A stretch of DNA of 64,000 bases from Rhizodiscina lignyota (Eukaryota). A program made the position numbers and the translations under genes. A model generated the notes under the pieces. The model was not told the origin of the DNA. It ran no database searches and saw only the letters and a list, made by a program, of their open reading frames with translations. Location of the stretch: positions 2,728,001 through 2,792,000 of the forward strand of contig ML978123.1 in the NCBI GenBank assembly GCA_010015805.1, read 5' to 3'. Positions 13,341 to 25,550 of the stretch are shown piece after piece. Within the stretch, counting starts at the first letter, position 1. Every line of letters begins with the position of its first letter.

Positions 13341-14192
13341 TTACTGTGGTGGCACCCAATTCCGGAAGAATCCTGCCATTGTCTCGAGCATCATTTCCAT
13401 AGTCTGAATGGACTGTTGCATTTCACGTGTTTTAGCTTGCAATTCTTCAATCTGGATATCGTAACTCGGATGAGAGTGGTCAGGTCGTGCCGCTCCTGGA
13501 TCGCTCGCTCGTGGAGTAGACGGTGGAGTAGGCAGACCTCCTTGCTCAGTTGCCCGCGGAATCGTCGAAGAATGGCCAGAGCCAGTTGGAAGCAGAGCCG
13601 TGTACAAACCGTCTTCATCATCGGGCGCTGGAGATGCCCGAGGTGGTCTGTAATTTCCTTGCCTTGTACCATCTTCCCTCCCCGTCCCTCTGGAATTATC
13701 TAGATTCGAAGGGCCAGCTCTCGATGCATGACCTGAGGGGCCGCCGTTCCTTTGAGATGAAGGGCCAGATGAATGGTTTGAAGAGCTAGGATTTGAACCA
13801 CGTTGCCGCCGTAGTCGTCGTATGCGATTTTGCCAAGTGTGAACAATGTCATTATGTTGTTGTTGATCCCTATGGTGGTCTCGGAGACACAGCATTTTGT
13901 CTGCCAAGTCGAAAAGAAGTTGCTGCATGGCTGGATCTGTAGGACGTAGGGCCATCCGTCTGAGGCGCCGTAATATATGTCTAGCAAGATCAATGTTGGA
14001 ACGCTTGATCTGCCTCTGGCATCGGCGACCCAAGGATGTTGCGTAGCCGACACAGCTCCACCCTTCTGTCGCCGGATTGTGCATCCGGAGTTGGTCCGCT
14101 GCGTCCCACGGTTCGGCCTCGTGCAGTGGCCTGCTAGCATCTGACGGTGTCACTGTCGAGGACCCATAAGATCGCTGAGATGCGTTAGACAT
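13341..14192 (-). CDS. Hypothetical protein with N-terminal Cys/His motif, disordered middle and C-terminal coiled coil
   Basis: Intronless 283-aa ORF; WSCVGYATSLGRRC...MLCLRDHHRDQ. Confidence 0.65.
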   Translation of the reverse strand: MSNASQRSYGSSTVTPSDASRPLHEAEPWDAADQLRMHNPATEGWSCVGYATSLGRRCQRQIKRSNIDLARHILRRLRRMALRPTDPAMQQLLFDLADKMLCLRDHHRDQQQHNDIVHTWQNRIRRLRRQRGSNPSSSNHSSGPSSQRNGGPSGHASRAGPSNLDNSRGTGREDGTRQGNYRPPRASPAPDDEDGLYTALLPTGSGHSSTIPRATEQGGLPTPPSTPRASDPGAARPDHSHPSYDIQIEELQAKTREMQQSIQTMEMMLETMAGFFRNWVPPQ

Positions 14193-15014
14193 CTTGCAAG
14201 GCCGTGCAAGTCAGTGCAATGCAACCGGACGAAGCGTCGAAGACCATGGTTATCTATAGCACAGAACTTGGCTCACATTTTATAGGGATGGTAGCCTTGT
14301 CGGTACCACAGCTGAAGGTACCCAACGCAGTACTATCCATGGGTCTTCACTCACCTTCTCCATCTATCGAGTACTTCGATCCTCCTCCCAGACCTTCGGG
14401 TTGCTCAAGGCGAGCAATTGGAGCCAGCAGATCTGGTCACCGTGTTGCCTATGCAGGAGCTGACGCCATCTCCACACGACGGTCTGAACGGTTCCAGCTG
14501 CTCTTTCGGAGAAGTTCCTGACGGTGTTCTCAAGCCACGAATAATGCCGCAACGTCTACACGGGTCTATAATTTGACTCACAATGAATCTTTTGGCTCTC
14601 GATGAACGATATATCGTAGTTCCATCTATTTCTATGAGCACCCACAGTCTGGCTCATCGTGGCAGTGCAGGGTTGGCAAGAGGACATGGGGGTGGTGGGA
14701 AGTTTTTGTCGAGATGTCCGCCAAAGCGATAGGAAAATCGACAGCCAACATGACGCTCGCTTCTGAAATGTTTCCAGAATCTCGTATTTTTAGATTAATC
14801 GAACCTATGGAATGTGAACGAAGATAGAAGCCACCGCCAAGGGGTAGGTGTGGCTTGAGGCTTTGAGACGATGATAACGCATTCTCTGTTTCAAAGAAAC
14901 CTCGTGACTAAAATCGATACTTCCACGCTATGCAATATCTTTGAGAAGCCATTGGAATCTTAGGAGCCATGAGAGAGAGAGAAACCGACCGAAAGACAAA
15001 GTTAGCCAGACCCC

Positions 15015-17219
15015 TTACGCCTGCCCACCCACCAGGTCCTCACCCCCACGTGCATCTTCTTTCTCCTTCTGCCTTCCTCTGATACTCTCCATGCTTGCAG
15101 CACTGCCAACACTCGTGCCCCTCCTCTTCAAGCCTTTCTCACCAGCAAGCTCGTCCCGGACTTGTTTTAGTGCACTCACACCGTAGTCGCTTCGCCCCAT
15201 CTTCGCCACCAGCCTCGTATTCTCCTTCTGCAGCTCACCAATCTGGTCTCTCAGAATCTTGTTCTCCTGCTCAAGCACCTCCATGCGCTGTCTAAAATCA
15301 TCTCGCTCGCGAGTGGTCTTGGTTAGAACGTCCTTCTCTGCTTCTTTGCGTGCACGCGCCTCCATCTTCCTCGTCTCTTTCTCCTTGCGTTCTTCCAGCT
15401 TGCGTAACTCGCGCTGGTGCTTCTCTTCCCGCTTCTTGATTTCGCGCTCATGTCGTTCTCGCGCTTTGGTTGCATCTCCCTCTGATTTTGTCGCCGCCGC
15501 CTGTTGCGCTTTTTCCTGCTTCTCGCGAGACGTGGCGAGTTTATCGTCTAGCTGACGTTTCTTGGCGTCAATCTTTGCGAGCTCCTTTTCGTGGGAAGTG
15601 AGAGATTTGCTGTCGGAGGACTTGGAAGGGGCTGGAGAAGTTGCTGAGTCGATGGATTTACCGGAAAGTGATGTTGATGTTGAGGCGCGATCATCCGGTC
15701 CTAGGGACCTTCCCACTGGTGTCTGGTCTCGCTGATGTTCCGTAAGGGATTCAGTTCCGTCGCCTGCAGTGTAAAATGGCTCAGCCGATGCAAAAGAGTC
15801 CAGTGATGATGTTTCGGTCGTATCGTCCTCATCGTCCTCATCATCGTGATCCTCATTTTGCGCCTTGGGAAAAGTACCAGGCAAGTTATCCTTGACAATG
15901 TCGGGAGTGAAGTTCGCAATACCATCAAGGGTCTCTTCCAATCCCAGGGCATGCGTAACTTTCGAAACGATACCATTCTCCTTAGTATCGCTGTCCTCGT
16001 CAGTGATGATTGCCGAACGATCCATGTCTTTGTTGACTCCAGCGACGAAGCTTTGATGGAGTGAGGAATAAGACGGGCGCCGTCCTTCTTGATACGCTTC
16101 TGTCTCCTCTTGAGCTTTGACTTCATCATCTGATTCAAAGTCTTCTCTTGCGCAAGCCCAGTCAAGAAATTTCACTGCATCTGCGGCAATACTCGGAGGT
16201 GTACCGCGATCCACCAAAAATCGAGGTATACCACCACCAGGGTCACTGCGAGTCACCATTATCCATTCCACAGGATTCAGCTCCGGATCATCTCCGGGCA
16301 AAGGCCTATCCACCATCTCTCCTTTCGCATCGTTGCCTCTAGATTCTGCAAAGCCAATAGTACTCCCTCTTGGTCGACCTGGTGACTTTTCTCTAGTAGC
16401 CCTGTCTAATAGATCTGTCGTTGAGCGAGCCTTTGCAGGTGAGAGCGGTATTTCGCGTATGATTTCGACCGATTCGTACTGTCCCCTAACCAGTCCTTGC
16501 CGTGGTGGCGCCTCTGGATGCTGAATGGGGATCGATACAAGCATGTAGTGCCGCGGTATTATGTTTTGTCCATCGACCTTTACAGCTGAGCAGTCTGTGA
16601 GGCCATTGTCCGTCGTGAGATGAAGTGTCACGAAATCTCTGGGAGACGTCGGCGGAGGAAACTTCGCAGAAAGCTCGTAGACTTCCATCTTGCCAAGGCC
16701 TTCCACCTCTTGCATCTCTAGCACCCTGTCTCCACCGATACCTCTTATACTGCCTTCTCCAGCGCCCCCTTGAACGGCAAGACTCTCTGGAAACTCTCTC
16801 TGCATTGCTCTTTTCCACTTTGCGAAGCCCAAGCCCTCGTGCACACTTCTTCTTGCAAACCACGCTCCGTGCCTATCATGTCCCGCCATTTTGAACACGC
16901 TCACTCCCAGCGGATTGTCTCTGGCATTCAATCTCATCGGCTTTCCCCATGCTTTCTGCAGTTCTTCTTGTGCGGGTACGGGAGGCGGTAATCTTGCGGT
17001 TGAAGCAGTCATTTCCGACGCTTTTGTGGCGCCATTGGGATCTGACCGAGAGCGCTTAGCGCTTGAGAACTCATCGCCGCCTGGCGGTTGAGGTACGGAG
17101 TTGACGATGATCTCTGCTTGGGAGAAGCAGTCGCGGAGGTAGACAGCGAGGTCGTTGACGGGAACATCGGAGAATTGGATGGGTCGGAGGGATTCGAGAG
17201 CAGTGTGTAGTTGAGACAT
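15015..17219 (-). CDS. DUF3074 (START/Bet v1-like) protein with C-terminal coiled coil
   Basis: 734-aa ORF with WFARRSVHEG, FPPPTSPRDFV, GQYESVEIIRE, VEWIMVTRSDPGGGIP and a K/E-rich tail. Confidence 0.85.
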   Translation of the reverse strand: MSQLHTALESLRPIQFSDVPVNDLAVYLRDCFSQAEIIVNSVPQPPGGDEFSSAKRSRSDPNGATKASEMTASTARLPPPVPAQEELQKAWGKPMRLNARDNPLGVSVFKMAGHDRHGAWFARRSVHEGLGFAKWKRAMQREFPESLAVQGGAGEGSIRGIGGDRVLEMQEVEGLGKMEVYELSAKFPPPTSPRDFVTLHLTTDNGLTDCSAVKVDGQNIIPRHYMLVSIPIQHPEAPPRQGLVRGQYESVEIIREIPLSPAKARSTTDLLDRATREKSPGRPRGSTIGFAESRGNDAKGEMVDRPLPGDDPELNPVEWIMVTRSDPGGGIPRFLVDRGTPPSIAADAVKFLDWACAREDFESDDEVKAQEETEAYQEGRRPSYSSLHQSFVAGVNKDMDRSAIITDEDSDTKENGIVSKVTHALGLEETLDGIANFTPDIVKDNLPGTFPKAQNEDHDDEDDEDDTTETSSLDSFASAEPFYTAGDGTESLTEHQRDQTPVGRSLGPDDRASTSTSLSGKSIDSATSPAPSKSSDSKSLTSHEKELAKIDAKKRQLDDKLATSREKQEKAQQAAATKSEGDATKARERHEREIKKREEKHQRELRKLEERKEKETRKMEARARKEAEKDVLTKTTRERDDFRQRMEVLEQENKILRDQIGELQKENTRLVAKMGRSDYGVSALKQVRDELAGEKGLKRRGTSVGSAASMESIRGRQKEKEDARGGEDLVGGQA

Positions 17220-18146
17220 GGCGCGAATAAGTAGTCGAGTTGACCAGCCGTGTAAGGCTAAAAGGCCGTTTAGAGGGGAGGTGGAGAATGTGGACGCTGC
17301 TATCGCGTGCTGGCAGCTCCGTGTGGTACCGATCGCAAGCGATACGTCATGAAGGTGAAATAATCGGAGTTGGCGACATCTACTACGTTCAAAGGAATAT
17401 CAGGAAGACGGATTGGTAGGAATCTGAGGAGGAAGTTCAAGGAACCGTCGGGCGTGTTGCAGGATGCAATTGTTTGAATGTTGATGTATGCAGCCCCACA
17501 AGTGGGCACCAGCGGTGCGGTAACGCCACAGACGTCGTGATTGTTCCTAGAAAGGCTAGGAAAGATCAACCTTGTTCTAACTCTATCTCCCTTCGACCTT
17601 GGATCTTCAATTATTTCTCGTGACGTCTCTCTGATATCAATTCAAATTTATACATATCGGGAATGAGCAGCTTCTCGCCTTCATTTTAAGCTCGAGACAT
17701 GACTTGCGAATACGTCAAAGGCAATTTCTTTCGGCCGACTAACCGGCACAGTTATATTGCGAACCCGACTCGTGCGTACCCTATATATGAAACTCCTACG
17801 TCACGATCTATAGCCTTCTTGTACAATTGTGGACAGTTTGGGAGACCTTTGAGGCCCCTACTCTCAAGCTTTTCGTAATATCATTTGAGAAGAACTCAAT
17901 CTACACATGTGAGTCGCAAGCATATGTACCGGCACACCGACTTAACGACACTTCGAACTATTCCCGGAAGTCCGTCAGCTCCACCGTGAGCAGCGATGTT
18001 AGTCATAAGGAATGACCCTGATACTAGCGTCAAGTCACTCTTTCTTGAATTTCATTTTGAACAATCACAGATTCACTTCTCTGCCCCTTTCTCAAGTATT
18101 CAATCGAGTTATTATTGCTGCAAATTTGACTCATCTTCACCTCAGC

Positions 18147-18857
18147 ATGTCCAAAGTCAAAACTCTAGGGCTCCTTGGCGGCCTCACATATCAAGCAACA
18201 ACGATCTACTACAACCTCATCAACTCACATGTCCGCGCCACCCTTGGGAAACGCCACTCCGCTCCACTCATCCTGCACTCCTTCGACGCAGAAGTGATGC
18301 TCTCCTACGCCCAAAAGGGGGACTGGGCTCCCTTCGGCGCCGCCATGGCGACAGCATCAAAAAATCTTGAAGCATCCGGAGCCGATGCAATCGTCATCAC
18401 TGCAGTCCTGCCGCACAAGGTGTACGATGACGTGGTGGCTGCGGTGAGTAAGAATTGCCCTGTCCTGCATATCGCGGACATGACGGCGAAAGACATCCTC
18501 GCAGCAGGGAAGACGAAAGTTGCACTGCTTGGTGCAAAAGATGTCATGGAGGCGGACTTTATTAAGGGACGTCTATCAAAAGATCATGGCTTGGAGGTAT
18601 TTGTGCCAGACGAGGCGGGAAGAAATGAGGTAAATAGGTTGATGTACGATGAGGTCGCTGCGGGGATCGTGAAACCGGAGACCAAGGCATTTATCAAGAG
18701 GACTGCTGAAAATTTGGTGAAGCAAGGTGCGGAATGTCTGATCCTAGGCTCAACGGATTTGGGATTTGTGCTGCAAGAGGGAGATCTCGACGTGCCCATG
18801 TTCACCACTGCAGTATGTCATGCAAGGGGAGTAGCCGAATGGGCGCTTCAAAGTTAA
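18147..18857 (+). CDS. Asp/Glu racemase family (YgeA/RacX-like) homolog with non-canonical active site
   Basis: KTLGLLGG..YY.LIN, HSA, LHIAD, KVALLG, LILGSTD. Colinear with bacterial YgeA as recalled. Intronless. ATG 18147 preferred over 18012. Confidence 0.85.
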   Translation: MSKVKTLGLLGGLTYQATTIYYNLINSHVRATLGKRHSAPLILHSFDAEVMLSYAQKGDWAPFGAAMATASKNLEASGADAIVITAVLPHKVYDDVVAAVSKNCPVLHIADMTAKDILAAGKTKVALLGAKDVMEADFIKGRLSKDHGLEVFVPDEAGRNEVNRLMYDEVAAGIVKPETKAFIKRTAENLVKQGAECLILGSTDLGFVLQEGDLDVPMFTTAVCHARGVAEWALQS

Positions 18858-18935
18858 ACATGTGCTAAAGAATCGAAGTATGTACAATGGCATAATATAC
18901 AATGACATAATGAATCAACGGTGCAAGGTACTGTT

Positions 18936-20663
18936 TCATTTACCCTTCTCATTGTCTTCTTTCTTCTCTACCTTAAACGTGATTTCCCGCTCGAGGGCGC
19001 CTATTGGAAGCCAGCTAGAGATATTGTATTTCCCGTTATTCCACAAATCCTTGATAGTAAGCTCTCGAGTCCTGCCGAGGCTTTCAATGTCTCCGATCCG
19101 ATCCAGAGTCTTCTCGAGATGCTCGTCAAATCCTTCCTGGGCGCACACTTCGCGGAACGCGTTCATCATGGGTACGGAGTCTAGTCAAGTTAGGTATCAA
19201 TAACCACTGTAAACCATGGAACCAGACATACCCGCCCTAACCATGGCGTTTGAGTCAATGGTGAATACGTTGATATGGTCGTAGCTCTGGATGAAATCTG
19301 CTCGTGTCATAACCTGCCGGGCCTCGTGCAGAGGAATCTCTGGCAACATATGCCCTCTCTCTAGATCGTACGTCTTCTCCATTTCCTTTTCTTTATCAAC
19401 AAGAGCCTTGGCCAAGACCATCGCAGCTGAAGCGTATTTTTGCTGGTCCATCACGTCGTCGTCCATTTCCGCGCCAAGTATCCAACATTGGTTCAGGAAC
19501 CATGTCTTTTCCGTTCGATTGATTTCATCGCACACAGCAAGCATGTCCTTCGCTTTCGCCACGCGGTTTAGGAAGTTCAGACGGCCCCCAACCTTGTCGT
19601 AGACCTTTTCGAGTATTTCAGGTGAAGGTATTTCTCCATAATATTTCAGGCGATAGTTCTGTAATGCGAAGAGCGCCTTCATTTTACCCAAATCTCCGAC
19701 CCTAGTGACTTGCATTCTGGTCGCCAAATTCTTTAGCCGCTCATACACCCAGTAATCATCGCTGTTCAGAACTACCGTACAGAGGTTGCTGGCAGCCCAT
19801 TGTTCCGCACGCTGTTGTATTAGTTCCAGCAGGTCCTTGCCATCATCGTCATTCCGTAAGAGATGGACACTATTGATGATCATGATGATCGGTCTGCCTT
19901 TCGCTTCGCGCCTCTTGATTGCTACTTTCTCAAGCTTGTTGAAAGCGCGCTCAATGTCAAGCAACGCGCCGCCTTCTCTTGGTCCACGTATGCTGAACAA
20001 AGCGCCGATGTTGTCCTCGTGATATTCGAAGTCCAGCGCTTTGCCGAGCCGGACGCGGAAAATCTCCAAATCAGAGTGCGCTTCAAACATGGCGCAGCCC
20101 TCTCCATCGACCTTGAACATTGCGTCCAGGAGCATACTGGACTTGCCAGTGCCCTTCTCCCCGATCAGCAGATGATAGTGGCCCACGTCATCGCCTCGCA
20201 CGATTGCGTCGATTTTGTCCTGCTCTCCGCGTTGAATCCAGTGTTCCCTTAGGCGGCCAGACTCATCATCTTCGGGCAGACCAGTTGGAGATGAGGACTT
20301 CCCTTTTGCTGCGAGCTCGAGGACAGGATCGCCGGGGTCGAAGGCGTGCTCCATCTTCTTGAGAATGAGAGTTTTGTAATAGACGGTGTAGCTGTATCCG
20401 ACAAGGCCCAAGATCGATATTGACGCAAGAGTCGTCATGGCGGACTCGAACATTTTGAAAGCCGTGCCTTTCCATTTTCTTGATGGATCTTGCGACTCAT
20501 CGTAGCCATCGTCTGCCGGGTTGGTGTTGGGGTCGGGAGATGGTGGCTGTACCAACCATCTCCTGAAAACGAAAGGAGATTGCTGCCTTGCAGCACTGAT
20601 AGGAGACAAGAATGGACGAAAGCTCCGGGCTTGAGAAGTTGTAAGGGAAATATTTCGTCTCAT
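18936..20663 (-). CDS. Membrane-anchored P-loop (AAA-like) ATPase, probably mitochondrial
   Basis: Walker A GEKGTGKS, one TM segment, Arg/Ser-rich presequence. Intron 19181-19231 gives VRADSVPMMNAF. Confidence 0.85.
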
Positions 20664-21401
20664 TGATGATGTTTCGGCCAATTGCGACTGAGCCGAAACA
20701 GGCGAGGAGAGTCTCAGGGGCCAGGGGTATCGACAAACGGAATGTTCGGATGAGCACAGTGCTTAGGAAAGGACATCGACATTGCAGAGCTTAGAAAGAA
20801 ATCGAGAAGAGCCAATTCGACAGCTGCTAGATAGCTGCTCGAAGAGTGCAGGACAGTGATAGGCCGCAGGAATTGGAAAAGGATAGTTTGCGCGACTGCC
20901 CGTCTTGGACTCTTGGCGGATCTTCAGCCTCACCCGAGCGCCCGAGATAGAACCGGACATGGCCGAGGTGGCGTATTGTAAACAATCCCGGCCGAGGGCG
21001 CGAAGTCGCAGCGAACTGGAGCAAAAGATAGTGGACATCTTGTAGAACGGGTGCATTATCGGAGATGAGCAATTGCCTGCATTCTTGTGTGAATCACACG
21101 ACAGCTGACTAGCTCGCTCGCGCCCATTGGAAGGGGATAGTATCCGGGGAAGCTTGCGGCCCTTGTGTCCGAGGGCACCCGTGAACTGCACGGAGCTCTC
21201 CTATGGCTACCCTAGCTCAAAAGTCGGCGCGCGAGAAACATTTTCTTGAATTCCAACACTCCCTTCTCCGCATCAATTGCTGTATTATATACCCGCGTGC
21301 TCCCTGTACAATATAGATTTCTCTTCCACCTCTTCTGGGACGCCTCTCATTTATCGTCTTTTGCGTGTAGCCTCCCCGTAGCCCCGAATTTGTTTTCCGC
21401 C

Positions 21402-24400
21402 ATGGCCTCGAAAAGTAATGACGCTGCAACTCAGGGTAAGCTTCACACGCAAGAAAATCTTTTCTGCCGAGATCTTCGTATCTTTTGGCATTGCAGCTTT
21501 TGCAGAGCACCTGCTGACTTCCATTGATCGCAGAGGACCAGGTCTCTTCGTCCAAAGACATGACCAAATCTCAGGATGACTCCAACGGCGCGGCAAACGG
21601 GCAGAAGGAGAATGGAGAGACTAAAGATGAGCAGCCCGACGATGGTATTTGAAGCTCAGCAAGCAATTATATGACTGGAGTCTACCAGACTGACGCGATG
21701 CTAGGGGTCTTCGAGCTTACCATTCGCCTCCCTCACCCTCCTCACAAGACCGAGATTCATGTTCGTCCAACGCACTCTACAATTCTACCATGTACTTACC
21801 AGCTCAGGTGTCGTTGCAAGAACAAGTCCAAGATATCCGCCAGTCAATAATAGACCTTCCTTTCACAATGCGATACACTTGCTTCCACCTCGAGCATAAA
21901 GGCCAGAAAATCAACGATTTCGTGGAGCTATCAGAGGTTCCAGACGTTGGGCCAGGCTCCGAGTTCGTCCTGGTTGAAGATCCGTATACTGAAAAGGATG
22001 CACGATTGCATTTCGTTCGCATTAGAGAGCTCATCGGAGCAGCGGGAGACAGGACGGATACTACACACGGCATATTAGCTGGCGTGTCATTGCACGACGA
22101 CATTACGCAGTCTGCGATTGAAGGTACTGGCAAATCCGCTAGTTCGATCAGCGCGGAGTATGACTTCGATGCCCCGGCATCCTATGAAGCACTTCTCCCT
22201 CACCAACAACCAGCTGCTCCAAAGACCGTTAAGACAATATCAGTTTCACCCTGGAGCCCACCCCCATACCATTTAAGGATGAGGGGTCATCTGCTGTACA
22301 TTCAGGTCACCACAAACGAAGGCGATCAGGTCCAGATAACATCGCATACGGCTGGGTTCTATGTCAACCGCTCCACTAAGGACAAGTTTGACCCGTCTCC
22401 GAAACTTAGCAACAAGGACCTTTCGGCGCACTCATTACTGACATTGCTCGGAAAAATTTCGCCGTCATTCGACTACAATTTCCGTGCCCTGACGGAGGAG
22501 AACGGGAAGAAAGACCCACTCACCATGTTCAGCCTCCAAAATGCTGTCCCCGCAAGCCCGTGGCTAGTTCCACCGCCAACATCTTCTTTCTCGACCCATT
22601 ATTCCGACTTGACTCGTTCGCAAGAGAGCTATCTGTACGCCGGCGCTGAGAATGCCGATTCGCTCCGAGACTGGAACGAAGAGTTTCAGTCGATGCGCGA
22701 ATTGCCCAAGGAGCAGATGCAAGAGCGTGTTTTCCGTGAGCGTTTGACCTCAAAGCTGTTTGCAGACTTCACTGAGGCTGCTGCTCGGGGTGCGGTCCTC
22801 GTGGCGCGTGGCGACGTTCTGGCGCTGAATCCCACGGAAAATCGAGATGCGCAGATATTCGTGTACAACAACATTTTCTTCTCTTTTGGTGCTGATGGAA
22901 TGGGGACGTTTGCCAGTGACGGCGGTGACGAAGCTGCCCGTGTTGCGACTGGAAAGGACGTGGTCGGTGTCAAGGCTGTCAACCAGCTCGATATTACTGG
23001 ACTGTTCACACCTGGTACTGTGATCATCGACTACCTCGGCAAACGCATTGTTGCGCAAAGTATCGTTCCTGGGATCTTCAAGCAGAGAGAACCAGGCGAG
23101 CCACAAGTCGACTATGGTGGTGTCGAAGGGAAAGACGTCGTGGCTGAAAATGAGGCATTTGCACCTCTTTTCCAACAACTCTCGCAGCAAATGTACGTCA
23201 AGAAGCATCCAGTGTGGGACAAAGAGGACAAACGCCACGAGCTGGAAGGCAGCATTGAGACGAAAGGCCTTCTTGGAACCGACGGACGGAAGTATGTCCT
23301 TGACCTGTACCGAATAACGCCACTGGATGTTGCATGGCTTGAGAAGTACTGGAGCAAGCCGGAAGGCGAGGTGAAGGATCCGGAAAAGAGCTACCCTCAC
23401 AGAATGGCTGTCTTACGACCAGAGCTTGTGGCTTCGTACGCGAGAGTCAAGTTGGGTGAGTTCGTGCAGGCCGAACTTGCAAAGCGCAACGAGAAGACAG
23501 AGGGAGTCAACGGCACTTCAGACTCATCTAACGGCGAGGAGCACAAAAATGACGAAAGTGCTGTGGTCTCGACGAAGAATGGGGAAGCAGCAGACAAGAC
23601 GGAAGAAGGCGAATCAAAGGGCGCAGAAGTTCCACACATCGATGCATCAAACTTCAAGTTCTCACTTAACCCAGACGTGTTCTGCGATCAAACGCCACAG
23701 ACCGACGAAGAGAAGGAAGAATTGGCCAAGGATGAGGAAGAAGTTCGCGCGGTGTGCGACTACCTCACTTCAAAAATCATTCCGACTCTAATCCAGGAAC
23801 TGCAAGAAGGCGACGTTGGATTCCCGATGGACGGAGAGTCATTAAGCACGCTGCTCCACAAACGCGGGATCAACATGCGATATCTTGGCCAGATCGCAAC
23901 TCTGGCGGATAACGACAGCCAACGACTCCAAGCTCTGCGACAGCTCACACGCCAGGAGATGGTCACACGTTCCTTCAAGCATATTGCGAACAAGAAGATG
24001 AGACATCTGCCTCCGCCTGCTGCTGCGGCGTGTGTCTCGCATCTTCTGAATTGCCTACTGGGCGCAGAGCTGAATGCTAAACCAGAAGCTGAGACTGACG
24101 AGCTTATCAAGTCCTTGTACGGAGATGTAGACTTTGGATATGAGCAGACTACACCAGAGAGCCTCAAGCAAGAGATCTTGGACCAAATTCGGATTCGATT
24201 CCGATACGAGTTCAAGGGTGACATTGTCCAGTCCGACAGGCAAATGCAGCTCTTGCGTGAAGTCTCGTTGAAACTTGGCCTCCAGTTGGAGGCAAGAGAG
24301 TACACCTTTGCACCATGCCGTGCAACGAATGGCGTGAACGGTGTCAACGGTCATGCCGCCGCACCTGGGTCGAATGGTGAACCTCATGTGAACGGAAGCG

Positions 24401-25550
24401 CAAAGAAAGCGAACAAGAAGAAGAAGAAGGGCTCCGACCAGGGTTCGCCGCACCGTGCGGCTCCTGCGCACTCTCAGACCCTCTCTTTCCACCCCGACGA
24501 TGTTCTCAACATCGTTCCTGTCATCAAGGAGGCTTCCCCGAGGGTAAGTAGCCGTGTGTTTTACTAGGAATTTCACGAATTAACAGAAACCAGAGCGTCC
24601 TTGCGGAAGATGCCTTCGAGGCGGGCCGTATCTCCATCCATCAAGGCGACAAGCAACGGGGGCAGACCCTCCTCCTGGAGTCGTTGTCTCTTTATGAACA
24701 AATCTACGGTATCCTTCACCCTGAAGTCGCCAGCGCATACTCGCAGCTTTCAAGCTTGTACTATGGACTTGAAGAGAAGGCTGCAGCCATTGAGTTGGCT
24801 CGTAAGGCAGTTATCGTCTCCGAGCGTACGCTTGGCGTTGATTCCTCAATGACCATTCTGAGCTACCTCAACCTCGGATTGTTCGAGCATGCTTCTGGCA
24901 ACGGCGAGCTTGCCCTTCGATACATCCTTCATGCCTTGGAGTTGTTGAAGATTGTGTACGGACCAAAACATCCGGATTCCATCACGACAATCAACAATGG
25001 TGCCGTCATGCTTCAGCAGCTCAAGAAGTATCCGGAGTCTCGCGTTTGGTTCGAGGCGTCTCTCACCCTTTCTGAGCAGGTATCCGGCAAGGACTCCGTT
25101 GCGAACGCGACACTACTTTACCAGCTTGCTCAGGCCCTGGCGCTTGATAACGAGTCGCGCGGTGCCGTCAACAAGATGCGCGATGCATACAATATTTTCA
25201 AAGACAAGCTCGGCGCCGATAACGCGAATACCAAGGACGCGGCGACGTGGCTGGAGCGCCTGACGCAGAACGCAGTTGTGCAGGCGAAGAGGGAGAAGGT
25301 CCTCGCGGAGCTTCCGATACGTCCGATCAGGGGAAGAGTGCAGGGTGCCGGCATGCGCAATCCCCTTCCGCAGATTGGGCAGAGCAGAGAAGAGGCGCTC
25401 GGTGGCAGAAAGATGAGTGTGGGCGGACAGAGAGAGATGGATGAGAGGAACATTGAGGAGTTGATCAAATACATTGAGGGCGGGGATGCAGGGAAGACTA
25501 CACCAAAGAAAAAGCCGCAAACTAAGAGGAGGATTGGACGTGTAAGCTGA
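21402..25550 (+). CDS. CLU1: Clustered mitochondria protein Clu1/TIF31
   Basis: CLU domain (RDWNEEFQ, DYLGKRIVAQSIVPGIF, GTDGRKYVLDL) and C-terminal TPRs. Introns 21436-21533, 21645-21704, 21761-21807 and 24544-24593 keep the frame. Confidence 0.95.

Noticed and set aside
14204..14760. Short ORFs, one faintly resembling the neighbouring 13341-14192 protein
   Set aside because: Similarity too weak, Cys/His motif absent, no coherent exon chain.
18012..18146. N-terminal extension of the racemase homolog
   Set aside because: Homology begins at MSKVKTLG, and the upstream sequence is T-rich and UTR-like. A targeting peptide is not fully excluded.
22686..24576. Long antisense ORFs over CLU1 (similar ones over DBP3, RRP14 and the mucin-like gene)
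   Set aside because: Shadow ORFs expected from codon bias, with no recognisable domains.
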